Shown: positions 48,594 to 58,685 of the stretch, piece after piece | How the letters are laid out: every line of letters begins with the position of its first letter | Position numbering within the stretch: position 1 is the first letter of the stretch | DNA from: an uncultured delta proteobacterium | GTDB taxonomy: Bacteria > Desulfobacterota > Desulfuromonadia > Geobacterales > Pseudopelobacteraceae | Direction of reading: 5' to 3' | Length of the DNA stretch: 64,000 nucleotides | Assembly: GCA_963772835.1 (NCBI GenBank) | Contig: CAVYYZ010000003.1 | Coordinates: 32,001-96,000, forward strand | Translations under genes and position numbers: made by a program | The notes under the pieces: generated by a model | What the model was told of the DNA's origin: nothing | The model's database searches: none | What the model saw: only the letters and a program-made list of their open reading frames with translations

Positions 48594-49348
48594 TGCTGAA
48601 TGGGGCTCTGGCTATCTGGCAGCGCGATATTCAGGTATTGCGCCGCAGTATAATTTCGGAAATGGTCGCAGTGGTTGCGTATCCGCTAACCATCTACCTT
48701 GCATTCGGTATCGGTATGCAGGGTTACATCGGTCTGGTGGACGGGGTTCCCTACGGGCTGTTTATCGCGCCCGGCCTCATCACAATGACGGCGGTCAGTG
48801 CTGCATATAATGAAAGCGTCTGGAGTCTCTGGTTTCATCGCCGGGTTCAATTTACCATCGAATCGTATCGGGTGACCCCGATTTCGGTATCAGAAATTGT
48901 TATAGCCAAAATATTCACCGGTTTTACCCATGGCATCATAAAGGGATGTGTCGTCGGATTGGTGATTTTTGCGATTACTCCGTTTCGTTTTCCACTGGAG
49001 CATCTGTTCCACTATCTGCTGTTTCTGATACCCGGTTCGGCTCTTTTCTCCTGTGCCGGAGTCATCAGCGGAACGGTTATGGACAAACCGGAGACAATCG
49101 GCAAAGTGGAGGCGGTGCTTGTCATGCCTCTGATCTTCATGTCAGGACTTTTCTTCCCGCTTTCCTCCTATCCGCCGTCACTGATTTTCTGGGTGCGTGC
49201 ATTGCCGACTACAGCACTTTTTGAAGGCGCCCGCCGGGCTCTGGTCGCCGGTGAAATGGTGCCGCTTGCCGCTCTGCAGGTTTCACTGTCGGCGGTGCTG
49301 ACATTTGCCGCCGCGGTGTATATTTTCCGATACAAAATGTCGGAATGA
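48593..49348 (+). CDS. ABC-2 type transporter permease
   Basis: About six TM segments, FIAPGL, PLIFMSGLFFP; overlaps the ATPase stop (TAATG). Confidence 0.9.
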   Translation: MLNGALAIWQRDIQVLRRSIISEMVAVVAYPLTIYLAFGIGMQGYIGLVDGVPYGLFIAPGLITMTAVSAAYNESVWSLWFHRRVQFTIESYRVTPISVSEIVIAKIFTGFTHGIIKGCVVGLVIFAITPFRFPLEHLFHYLLFLIPGSALFSCAGVISGTVMDKPETIGKVEAVLVMPLIFMSGLFFPLSSYPPSLIFWVRALPTTALFEGARRALVAGEMVPLAALQVSLSAVLTFAAAVYIFRYKMSE

Positions 49349-49512
49349 GATGCCTGTTTAGCGTGTACATACACTGAAAATTAATAATCCGGAGAACAAA
49401 CCCGGCTTGAATATTTTCATTCATTTTACTTAGCGGAGTATACTCTCCTACTTGACATTATCTCTGTATTGGTAAATATTTCAGTTGTTTATAAATTTTT
49501 AGGAGGTTACAC

Positions 49513-49794
49513 ATGAGACTCGCAGCAACGTTGGCCGCATTTGCCTTACTTGTCGCAACTACAGTATTTGCCGCTGGTAGCAAAACCTATCAAGTCACAG
49601 GACCTGTTCTTGAGCTGAAAGACGATATGATCGTAGTTCAGAAGGGGAATGAGAAGTGGGAAGTTGCCAGGGACAAGGATACAAAAGTCACGGGCGATCT
49701 GAAAGTCGGCAGTAAGGTTACTATTATGTACACAATGAAAGCTGCAACCGTTGAAGCAAAGTCAGATGCAAAAGTTGACAAGAAAAAGAAATAA
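49513..49794 (+). CDS. Small secreted beta-rich (OB-fold-like) protein
   Basis: AGGAGG RBS, signal peptide ending VFA, GDLKVGSKVTIMY. Confidence 0.85.
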   Translation: MRLAATLAAFALLVATTVFAAGSKTYQVTGPVLELKDDMIVVQKGNEKWEVARDKDTKVTGDLKVGSKVTIMYTMKAATVEAKSDAKVDKKKK

Positions 49795-49838
49795 CGGCGT
49801 CAGAAAACCGGGGTTGTAATCCCGAAACAACCGAATGG

Positions 49839-49880
49839 AAAACAGGAACATTACCGAATGAAGGGGAGTGTTCCTGTTTT
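49839..49880 (+). terminator. Probable terminator stem-loop
   Basis: AAAACAGGAACA...TGTTCCTGTTTT. Confidence 0.55.
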
Positions 49881-49945
49881 AGAATGTAATAATTTTCACA
49901 AATTGCTGCTGGAGTTGGTGAAGGGTTGATTGTGAGGTGGTTTTT

Positions 49946-50347
49946 ATGAAATTTAAAAACTGGCCGTTTTTTTTAGTCGTGTATATCGTTGTAACGCCTA
50001 TAATTTCACTCATGACGTTTCCGCACCCCGTCTTTGCTGAATGTCAGGAGTTTAAGATTGTTGAGTATGAAGACAGAATTGAGGCTGTATGTGTCGGTGA
50101 ACCGTTGACTGAGGCAGAGAAAAAGGCGGCACTGGCAGATCAGAGGCGACAGGAGCAGGAGTCTCAACGCCAGAAAGCAATTGAACAAAATCAGCAGAGA
50201 GAAGAAGCCGCCAAGGAGGCCAAGGCAAAGACGGATGCTGAAGCTGCCACCGCCAAGACAGCCGCCGAACGTAAAAAACAGAACATACCACCGATCAAGC
50301 CGCAACAGATACAGGATAAAAATCTTATCAATATCAAGAACATGTAG
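49946..50347 (+). CDS. Hypothetical exported protein with coiled-coil C-terminus
   Basis: GAGGTG RBS; leader ending VFA; two Cys followed by an E/Q/K/A-rich helix. Confidence 0.7.
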   Translation: MKFKNWPFFLVVYIVVTPIISLMTFPHPVFAECQEFKIVEYEDRIEAVCVGEPLTEAEKKAALADQRRQEQESQRQKAIEQNQQREEAAKEAKAKTDAEAATAKTAAERKKQNIPPIKPQQIQDKNLINIKNM

Positions 50348-50449
50348 CCAAATAACTGCATGTCACCTACTTTTTCTTCCTTTACATCCTATCTGAGCAA
50401 TTCAGCAATATTTATTCTTATATCTTCCACATTCTGGACTGGTGCAAAA

Positions 50450-50709
50450 TTATGGTGTGTCTATCCATAAATAAGCCGCCTTCAGCACTGAATCTTCCGA
50501 AAAGTACGGCATGGATCTGTCTATAATCTGATCGCGCCGGGTCTTGTACTGGTCATACGTTGTCCTGTTCACGCGCTCGATGCATTTTTGTGTCTCGAAA
50601 AATTATTATAGCATTGTTGTCGCTGTCGCTCCTGAAAACCGGCATACCATGCCTGGTAGGTGCACCCCTGGAGAACCATGCAAAGGGTGATGACAATTAA
50701 TAGCACCAT
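50450..50709 (-). pseudogene. Frameshifted small lipoprotein gene (not in ORF track)
   Basis: ATG 50709 gives MVLLIVITLCMVLQGCTYQAWYAGFQERQRQQCYNNF. Plausible coding continues in the -1 frame as ETQKCIERVNRTTYDQYKTRR, to TAA at 50450. Confidence 0.6.
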
Positions 50710-50710
50710 A

Positions 50711-52108
<1,398 letters not shown>

Positions 52109-52129
52109 GGGGTACTCTCTCATTTAGGG

Positions 52130-52492
52130 TTACATTCCGTTTCTGTACATAGAAGCAAAAAGGAGTATACCGGATATTAGTATGACTGTCATGGCCAATA
52201 CTACCGTTACTCCCGCCGTCCTGCCGAGGCTTAGCTCGTGGCGATCAATTCTGACAATATCGGATACTTCTACCTGTTCATTTTCTCCCGAGATGGAGCG
52301 CTCTGTTATTGCCTTGATGGTCAATTCCAGCACACGGCCGTCTCGCATGGTTATCTGAATGCTGTCCCCGGTTCTGAGAGACGAAGTGATCAGAACCGGT
52401 TCGGACGAAACCGGTCGAAGAGATGTGCAGCCGGATGCGAGAGTAACGATCAGAAGCAATGCCACCGGTTTCTTCCAGAGTCTGGTGTGCAT
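52130..52492 (-). CDS. Hypothetical lipoprotein with C-terminal TM helix
   Basis: AAGGAG RBS before ATG 52492; lipobox ASGC; hydrophobic C-terminus. Confidence 0.75.
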   Translation of the reverse strand: MHTRLWKKPVALLLIVTLASGCTSLRPVSSEPVLITSSLRTGDSIQITMRDGRVLELTIKAITERSISGENEQVEVSDIVRIDRHELSLGRTAGVTVVLAMTVILISGILLFASMYRNGM

Positions 52493-52529
52493 ATTTTTCT
52501 CCTTGGTGACTATGTTCCACCGTAAGTCA

Positions 52530-52985
52530 TCAGTTCGGGATCCACTCTCCCTTAAGCTTTGTGCATTGGTTCTGTGCGGCCACGGCGGCACTGCCTGCGG
52601 GCTTGATGCCGAAACCCGGGAAATTTACGTAGTAACGATATTTTGATTCACTGTTTTTCCCCTTGTACACGGTACACGTGCCGATACGCCCCTCAGTCGG
52701 ACATGCTCCGGCCAGATATTTCACTCCATTCCCCTCCCTGCACGACTTCTTCACACGTTCGACCTTGTAGGATGACCCGGTGAACTCGTTACAGAATCCG
52801 CTCGCACTGTTGCCACAGCTTCCGGCCGGTACGGAACTCGTGGCAGCGGTGTTGGTACTGCCGGTACCGGCAACGCCCGGCGTTGGCAGACATGCAGCGG
52901 CGAACAGAACCATGACGACGCCTGCACCAGCACAGGTTACAGCAGCAAATTTCAGCTTGGGGAGTGAGGTGTATTTCAGTTTCAT
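52530..52985 (-). CDS. Cys-rich exported protein, possible lipoprotein
   Basis: AAGGA RBS; hydrophobic leader ending AAAC; six spaced Cys in the mature part; no CxxCH. Confidence 0.78.
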   Translation of the reverse strand: MKLKYTSLPKLKFAAVTCAGAGVVMVLFAAACLPTPGVAGTGSTNTAATSSVPAGSCGNSASGFCNEFTGSSYKVERVKKSCREGNGVKYLAGACPTEGRIGTCTVYKGKNSESKYRYYVNFPGFGIKPAGSAAVAAQNQCTKLKGEWIPN

Positions 52986-53087
52986 AATAGTTCCTTTTGT
53001 GGCGGATTGACAACCGGCCGTGGAGTAGCCCCGGCACCTTTTGGGCGGGGCTGATTATATTGGTGGAACCTCTGGATTCCTTCCGCT

Positions 53088-53882
53088 TTATTTGCCATAT
53101 CCCGTGTCAAGAGATGGCTCTTTCGAGATTCCCAGGCTCCGCGCAAGGACCTCCGCCGCAAGATCGAAGCTGGATTCCGGGTTAAGGGTGGGGCCGAGCA
53201 CCCGGACCTGACCGGCCCGGTTAAGCAAACGGTCATCATATGCGGCTTCGGGGCAGAACCTGCGCAGTTCGCTTACCAGGTGAGCAAAGTTAAGATCCCG
53301 TGAAAGCTTTAAAGATGTGCCGAATCCATCAAAGGTCATGCCGTTCTGGCAGAAAACAAGCGGCGGCCGACTGCCGGCATACAGAAAGAGGATTTTCCCT
53401 CGTGTTTCGTTTGAAACTGTTTCCTGGTGTTCGACCGTACTGGTCATCGGTATTCCTCCCGAAAGAATGGTCTTACCAATACTGAACTTTCGCTCGGTAA
53501 CCTTTTTTGTCACAGAAGTTCCGACGATTCTGGTGCCCTGAAGAAGAAGGTCAACCTCATCGTAGGGGATCTCTTCCCGTTTTCCTTCTCCGGTCTCTAT
53601 GGATATCGACACATTGTTAAACCGGAAGCTGCGGATGATGGAATGGCCGGCTCTATTGTACGCCTCACTGGAATCAACGATCATCGTCGTAAATCCGATC
53701 CGATGTAATTCAGCCGTCAATGCCAGTGCCATATCTCTGTCAGCGAAACTGGCCACCACGGCTGGTCCCTTTCCATACATCCGTGGTCGGGCTTCATAGA
53801 CCGTCATTTGCAGTGTATGTGCGAGTGCTTGAACCAGTTCGGCGGTATCTTCTTTCCAGCTGCTTATAGCAACGACATGCAT
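53088..53882 (-). CDS. Hypothetical protein
   Basis: 264 aa ORF; GAGGTG RBS before ATG 53882. Confidence 0.75.
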   Translation of the reverse strand: MHVVAISSWKEDTAELVQALAHTLQMTVYEARPRMYGKGPAVVASFADRDMALALTAELHRIGFTTMIVDSSEAYNRAGHSIIRSFRFNNVSISIETGEGKREEIPYDEVDLLLQGTRIVGTSVTKKVTERKFSIGKTILSGGIPMTSTVEHQETVSNETRGKILFLYAGSRPPLVFCQNGMTFDGFGTSLKLSRDLNFAHLVSELRRFCPEAAYDDRLLNRAGQVRVLGPTLNPESSFDLAAEVLARSLGISKEPSLDTGYGK

Positions 53883-53971
53883 GGAGTTCACCTCTGAGCA
53901 GTGCTCTCTGTTTTTATTTTAAATAATGTGGAGAGACGCCGTCCGGTTCATGCGTGCGTGCTCCCGCGATT

Positions 53972-54856
53972 TTATTCCACGGGTGAATTAATCTTTACGG
54001 GGCGTGCAGCATCATTCGTTTTTTTTGACATACACGCAAGTGCGATACCTCCAAGAATACCAGCCGAACTGAGCAGGAGTCGAAGGGTAATTGTTTCGCC
54101 AAGGAAAATAACGCCTCCCGCAGCCGCTATAACAGGAACACTCAATTGAATAGTTGCCGCATGTGCCGCCTTCAATCCGGGAAGCGCTGCATACCAGACT
54201 GCGTATCCCACTCCTGAAGCCAGTCCGCCTGAAATAACCGCATACCAGACACCCGCTCCGTCCAGTGATATTCCGGCGGGTTTGGCCATGACCAGGAGTG
54301 CGGCGAATGGTACGGCGCGAAGAAAATTTCCTGCTGTTGCGGCCGTCGGATTACCCGGAATGTTCCCCCGCAAAGAATAAATGCCCCAGGCTACTCCGGC
54401 AGCCAGCATCAATGCGGATCCAGCCGGCGGCGGAGCCGTCAATCCAGGGAGTAACAGGAAGATCAGACCGCTAAAAGCTGCACATGCGCCGATGACCTGC
54501 TGGCCACCCATTTTTTCCCCGCGCATCAAGCCATGGCCAATCATGGTTACCTGAACAGCACCGAAGAGTATCAAGGCACCGGTTGCGGCGGGTAACTGCA
54601 CATAGGCAAAAGAAAAACCGGCAGCATAGACAAACAAAGCAATGGCAGACAGCCAGCTTCCTGCCAAACCCTTTGGTGTTTCTCTTGACCGCACAATCAG
54701 CCAGAGTACGACCGCTCCGGAAATAATACGTACGGCAGTAAAGCTGGCTGCATCAATGTCAGTATTCCTGAGTGCCATTCGGCACAGCAATGAGTTGGCC
54801 GCGAAGGCGGTCATGGCAAAAATCACGAGCAATGACGTACGTGCGGGTTCCTCCAT
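53972..54856 (-). CDS. DMT/EamA family transporter
   Basis: About ten TM segments in two repeats (AFAANSLLCR, FSFAYVQL, GYAVWY, IQLSVPV). Start uncertain (54856 or 54880). Confidence 0.9.
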   Translation of the reverse strand: MEEPARTSLLVIFAMTAFAANSLLCRMALRNTDIDAASFTAVRIISGAVVLWLIVRSRETPKGLAGSWLSAIALFVYAAGFSFAYVQLPAATGALILFGAVQVTMIGHGLMRGEKMGGQQVIGACAAFSGLIFLLLPGLTAPPPAGSALMLAAGVAWGIYSLRGNIPGNPTAATAGNFLRAVPFAALLVMAKPAGISLDGAGVWYAVISGGLASGVGYAVWYAALPGLKAAHAATIQLSVPVIAAAGGVIFLGETITLRLLLSSAGILGGIALACMSKKTNDAARPVKINSPVE

Positions 54857-55027
54857 AGTGAGAAACTTATGATACTTCAATGTGTGAGCCTCGTTTCAAA
54901 GCAAAGAATACCGTCCAGCGGGTTCATACATTATCCGGCACTGTTGAACGGTTCAACAGATGGGGGCACATGCCGTTCTCCGGGGAAATTATTTTCCCTG
55001 TTTTCCCGGTTTGTATCGATATATACA

Positions 55028-55975
55028 TCACAACGTTCGATTTTTTTTATCCTTTTCCAGAAGATCCATCAGCGTTTCAGTCCTGAGCGTAACCATTTTA
55101 TCCTTCATTTCAGGAGTCCAATCATAAAAGCCTTTACCCGACTTTAAGCCAAGATTACCTTCTTCAACTAATTTCTGCAGTATTCCAGAGGGTTCAGATG
55201 CATGTGATAAATCTGCAAAAAGGTACTCAGATATGCTGTGAAAAATATCGAGACCCCCCATGTCAGCACTGCAGAACGGACCGGTCACCGGAAGGCGCCG
55301 GCCGTGCCCGTAAATAATCGCCTTGTCTACCTCTTCAGCATCTGCATAGCCCTGCTCTACGATGTACAAAGCTTCTCTCAAGAGGGCCAACTGAAGTCTG
55401 TTGCCTATAAACCCGGGGCACTCTCTGTTCATGCGAACCGGTTGTTTGTCAAGCGCCCTAATCCATTCAACCGTCCTGTCCATTGTTTCTTTAGAGGTTT
55501 TTTCACCTGGAACAATCTCCACAAGCGGGATAAGTTGGGGTGGATTCCAAAAGTGTGCAACCACGACTCTTTCCGGGTGTGTAAGGTCTTTTGCAATTGC
55601 AGTCGGGCTTAATCCGGAGGTGTTTGTGGCAAGAATGACATCAGGGCTGCATATCTCATCCAATTCTTTAAAAACTTTCTGCTTGAATTCAAGCTTTTCA
55701 GGTAAACATTCAATTACCAGGTCGGCAGATTCCACGGCTTCTCTGATAGTCAGCACACAGGTAATTCTCTGCAAAATAGTGGCACTGAAATTATCTCTGA
55801 GTTTCCCGAGTCGTTTCATGGTGCTGATATTTTCTGTAATAGTATGTATAGCCGTCGCGAGCACTTCTTCGGAGAGATCACACAGCACCACATTACAGGA
55901 AGCGATAGCGGCAAGTTCAGCTATGCCATGTCCCATTGTCCCTGCGCCTAACACAGCAACATTCTTGATTCCCAT
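55028..55975 (-). CDS. 3-hydroxyacyl-CoA dehydrogenase family protein
   Basis: GAGTMGHG Rossmann motif, ECLPE, TNTSG, HFWNPP, PGFIGNRL, GLKSGKGFY. Confidence 0.93.
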   Translation of the reverse strand: MGIKNVAVLGAGTMGHGIAELAAIASCNVVLCDLSEEVLATAIHTITENISTMKRLGKLRDNFSATILQRITCVLTIREAVESADLVIECLPEKLEFKQKVFKELDEICSPDVILATNTSGLSPTAIAKDLTHPERVVVAHFWNPPQLIPLVEIVPGEKTSKETMDRTVEWIRALDKQPVRMNRECPGFIGNRLQLALLREALYIVEQGYADAEEVDKAIIYGHGRRLPVTGPFCSADMGGLDIFHSISEYLFADLSHASEPSGILQKLVEEGNLGLKSGKGFYDWTPEMKDKMVTLRTETLMDLLEKDKKNRTL

Positions 55976-56218
55976 GCCACCTCCCTATCCCGTGCATAAA
56001 TGGTCATTAAAACTGCATCTGTTGTTGAAACTCGTTAAGCAACTGTAGAGACTTGATTATAGATACTTTAGGCAAAAAAACCGGATAATTATTTACAGGC
56101 ATGTATTCATATAAGGCTTGTGTGAATGAAAAACTCTCAAGAGTCTGACCATTCTTAAAGGAAAGTTTTCTTATCATGCTTTACTAAGTATATATGAAAA
56201 GATTAAAACCAGTTAAAC

Positions 56219-56905
56219 TCAAGCCAGGCCAAACAGCCATACAAGTCCTACCGAAACAAAGACGGCCGGCAGCATATTTCCGACCGGCAGGCGCTTGACC
56301 CCGATTAAGTCCAGGCCGATTGCGACAATCAGCAGGCCGCCGACGGCATTCATCTCAAGTATGACCGTTTCTGTCAGCAGTGACGTGGCATATTCTGCTG
56401 CAATAGTGATACTTCCCTGATACAGAGCCACAGGAAGCGCCGAGAAGAGAACGCCGATTCCAAGCGTTGAGGCCAGCGCAATTGATGCCACGCCGTCCAA
56501 TGCGGCTTTTGCGTAAAGGATCGTCGGTGAGTCGCTGAGTCCATCCTGAAGTGATCCCATGATCGCCATAGCGCCGACACAGTACAACAGGCTGGCTGCA
56601 ACAAAACCTTCAGCGACATCACCTGATCCGGAAAAACGTCGTTGCAGCAGCCTGCCAAATGACTCCAGGCGCGCCTCAATCTGTAAAAGTTCTCCGAGAA
56701 CCGCCCCGACAATCAAGCTGCCGATCACGATCATCGGTTGTCTGCTCTTCAGGGCTAATTGCAGGCCTATCAGAAGTACCGTCAGTCCCAGGCCGGCCAT
56801 GACAGTTTTACGTATCCTGACGGGAATATGGGGGCCGGCGAAGCGTCCGATTAAAGAGCCTGCGCAGATTGCGGCAACATTTACAATAGTTCCTGTTAAA
56901 ATCAT
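56219..56905 (-). CDS. DUF554 family membrane protein
   Basis: GTIVN, SLLYCVGAMAIMGS, KAALDG, GNMLPA. Confidence 0.9.
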   Translation of the reverse strand: MILTGTIVNVAAICAGSLIGRFAGPHIPVRIRKTVMAGLGLTVLLIGLQLALKSRQPMIVIGSLIVGAVLGELLQIEARLESFGRLLQRRFSGSGDVAEGFVAASLLYCVGAMAIMGSLQDGLSDSPTILYAKAALDGVASIALASTLGIGVLFSALPVALYQGSITIAAEYATSLLTETVILEMNAVGGLLIVAIGLDLIGVKRLPVGNMLPAVFVSVGLVWLFGLA

Positions 56906-57482
56906 CGTGAAATATCCTCTTGTACAGACGCGTTCTTCAAGATCTGGTTTTGACGTGAAGGGATTTCATTAGTGTTGACTTGATCGGTAATGAGACAGCC
57001 TGGAGTGATGTCTCCCTTACACCGCAACACTTCAATCAACTGATAAACCATTTATTTTTTAAGAAGTTATCGGTTTTATGATTTCAGCCGCTTCTCGGAA
57101 TTATGATATCATCATGTTTCGATGATTAATATTATTATGTCCACCGGAATTGTTCTGCTGGCAGCAGTAACTGGTATGTTGTTCAATGCCCCTGGCGTGG
57201 ATGATCGGGGATTTGGAAAAACAGTACGTTTAAGGATGACAGATTGTAGACGTATGGCCGGATGTAACAATCAGTTGTTTGTCACCATTATGCCATACTA
57301 TAACTTGTGCCGCAGAAACGAGACAGATATTGTCTTTTTTGAACTAAATCGTTTACTTTTCTGATACTGTACGAACCCGATTCCCTTATATTTTCTGATG
57401 AGCGATCGTCCGGCACTGAATCGGGTCAACGTAGAGATGGGCCTGGCATCACAGCGGCGTTGATGATCTGGAGTTATACTAC

Positions 57483-58685
57483 ATGCCTCTTCCCCGCATT
57501 ACCCATAAACGCCGGATAGTCCAGGGCGTTTTGATCGCTGCCGCGCTGCTACTCCCTTTTGCAACGATATCCGGCAATCCGTTCCTGCGTATGGATATTG
57601 TGAAAATGACGCTTTTCCTGGCCGGTATTCCGCTCAGAATTGACCAGTTCTATCTCGTGCTGCTGACGATTCTTATGTGTGTTGCCGCTTTTCTGCTGGT
57701 GACGGTCGTACTCGGGCGTGTCTGGTGCGGCTGGCTATGCCCCCAGACAGTCTTCAACGATCTGCTTGAGCTGATTGCACGACGATTCCGGTCGAAGGTT
57801 TCTCCGCGTGCTGCGCGCCTGATCGAACATCTTTTCGCTCTGGTCATTGCCAAGCTGATCGCATTCAACCTGTTCTGCTGGTTTATGCCGCCCCCGCAGG
57901 TAGCCTCCGATCTTCTCAATTTCCCCGAACATCCGCTCATTTTTGCAGCCTTTCTTCTCCTGACCCTGTTCGGCTATCTCAACCTGATTCTGGTCAAGCG
58001 GAGTTTCTGCCGCAGTTACTGCCCGTACGGCAGATTTCAGACGGCTCTGATGGATGCCGGTACCCTGAACCTTGCCTTTCTGGAGGAAACCCGCGATCGC
58101 TGCCTGCGCTGCAGCGCCTGTGTCCGGACCTGCCCGATGGAAATTGATATCCGCAACGGCTTTCAGATTGAATGTATCGGCTGCGGGCGCTGTATCGACG
58201 CGTGCCGTTCCGTCATGGAGAACCAGCCGGATGGGATCGGGCTGATCGATTACCGTTTCGGTACCGTGAAAGGGACCCGCTTTCGAGTGGGGAAGACAAC
58301 CGCTGTACTGCTGGTCGTGACGTTGCTCCTTGCCGCTGGAGTCGTGTGGGGAGTAGCGGGGAGAAGCCGGACCGCCTTTGCGGTGTCGCGAGTTGCAACC
58401 GCTGATGTCCGGCAGCTGCCTGACGGCTCCACCGCACAACCATGGCGTGCCATAATCGGCAATCGCTCCGAGAGCCCGCAGATTTATTCCATCAGGATTA
58501 CAGGGGAATCCTCCGACGGCGCCGAACTGCTCGGTCCGGTTCGTGATATCACGATAGCGGCAAATCAGCATCAGGAAATCACTTTCATGATCCACTTCGC
58601 AAAGAACTCCGGTCGTTCCGGGAAACTTCCGCTTCAACTGCTGAACGGCGACCGGCCGGTAGCGTCTGTGACAGTTTCGCCATGA
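57483..58685 (+). CDS. ccoG: CcoG/FixG-like membrane 4Fe-4S protein
   Basis: GRVWCGWLCPQT, FCRSYCPYGRFQ, CLRCSACVRTCP, CIGCGRCIDAC, C-terminal Ig-like region. Confidence 0.85.
   Translation: MPLPRITHKRRIVQGVLIAAALLLPFATISGNPFLRMDIVKMTLFLAGIPLRIDQFYLVLLTILMCVAAFLLVTVVLGRVWCGWLCPQTVFNDLLELIARRFRSKVSPRAARLIEHLFALVIAKLIAFNLFCWFMPPPQVASDLLNFPEHPLIFAAFLLLTLFGYLNLILVKRSFCRSYCPYGRFQTALMDAGTLNLAFLEETRDRCLRCSACVRTCPMEIDIRNGFQIECIGCGRCIDACRSVMENQPDGIGLIDYRFGTVKGTRFRVGKTTAVLLVVTLLLAAGVVWGVAGRSRTAFAVSRVATADVRQLPDGSTAQPWRAIIGNRSESPQIYSIRITGESSDGAELLGPVRDITIAANQHQEITFMIHFAKNSGRSGKLPLQLLNGDRPVASVTVSP

Noticed and set aside
56985..57030. Fluoride-riboswitch-like GGTAATGAGAC...TGATGTCTC
   Set aside because: P1 is weak, there is no P2, and no fluoride-related gene follows in that orientation.
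57122..57364. 80-aa + strand ORF upstream of ccoG
   Set aside because: No RBS or recognisable motif and an AT-rich context; cannot be supported, though not excluded.
56906..57482. FNR box upstream of ccoG
   Set aside because: No TTGAT-N4-ATCAA match found by eye.
57735..58637. 300-aa minus-strand ORF
   Set aside because: Antisense shadow of GC-rich ccoG.
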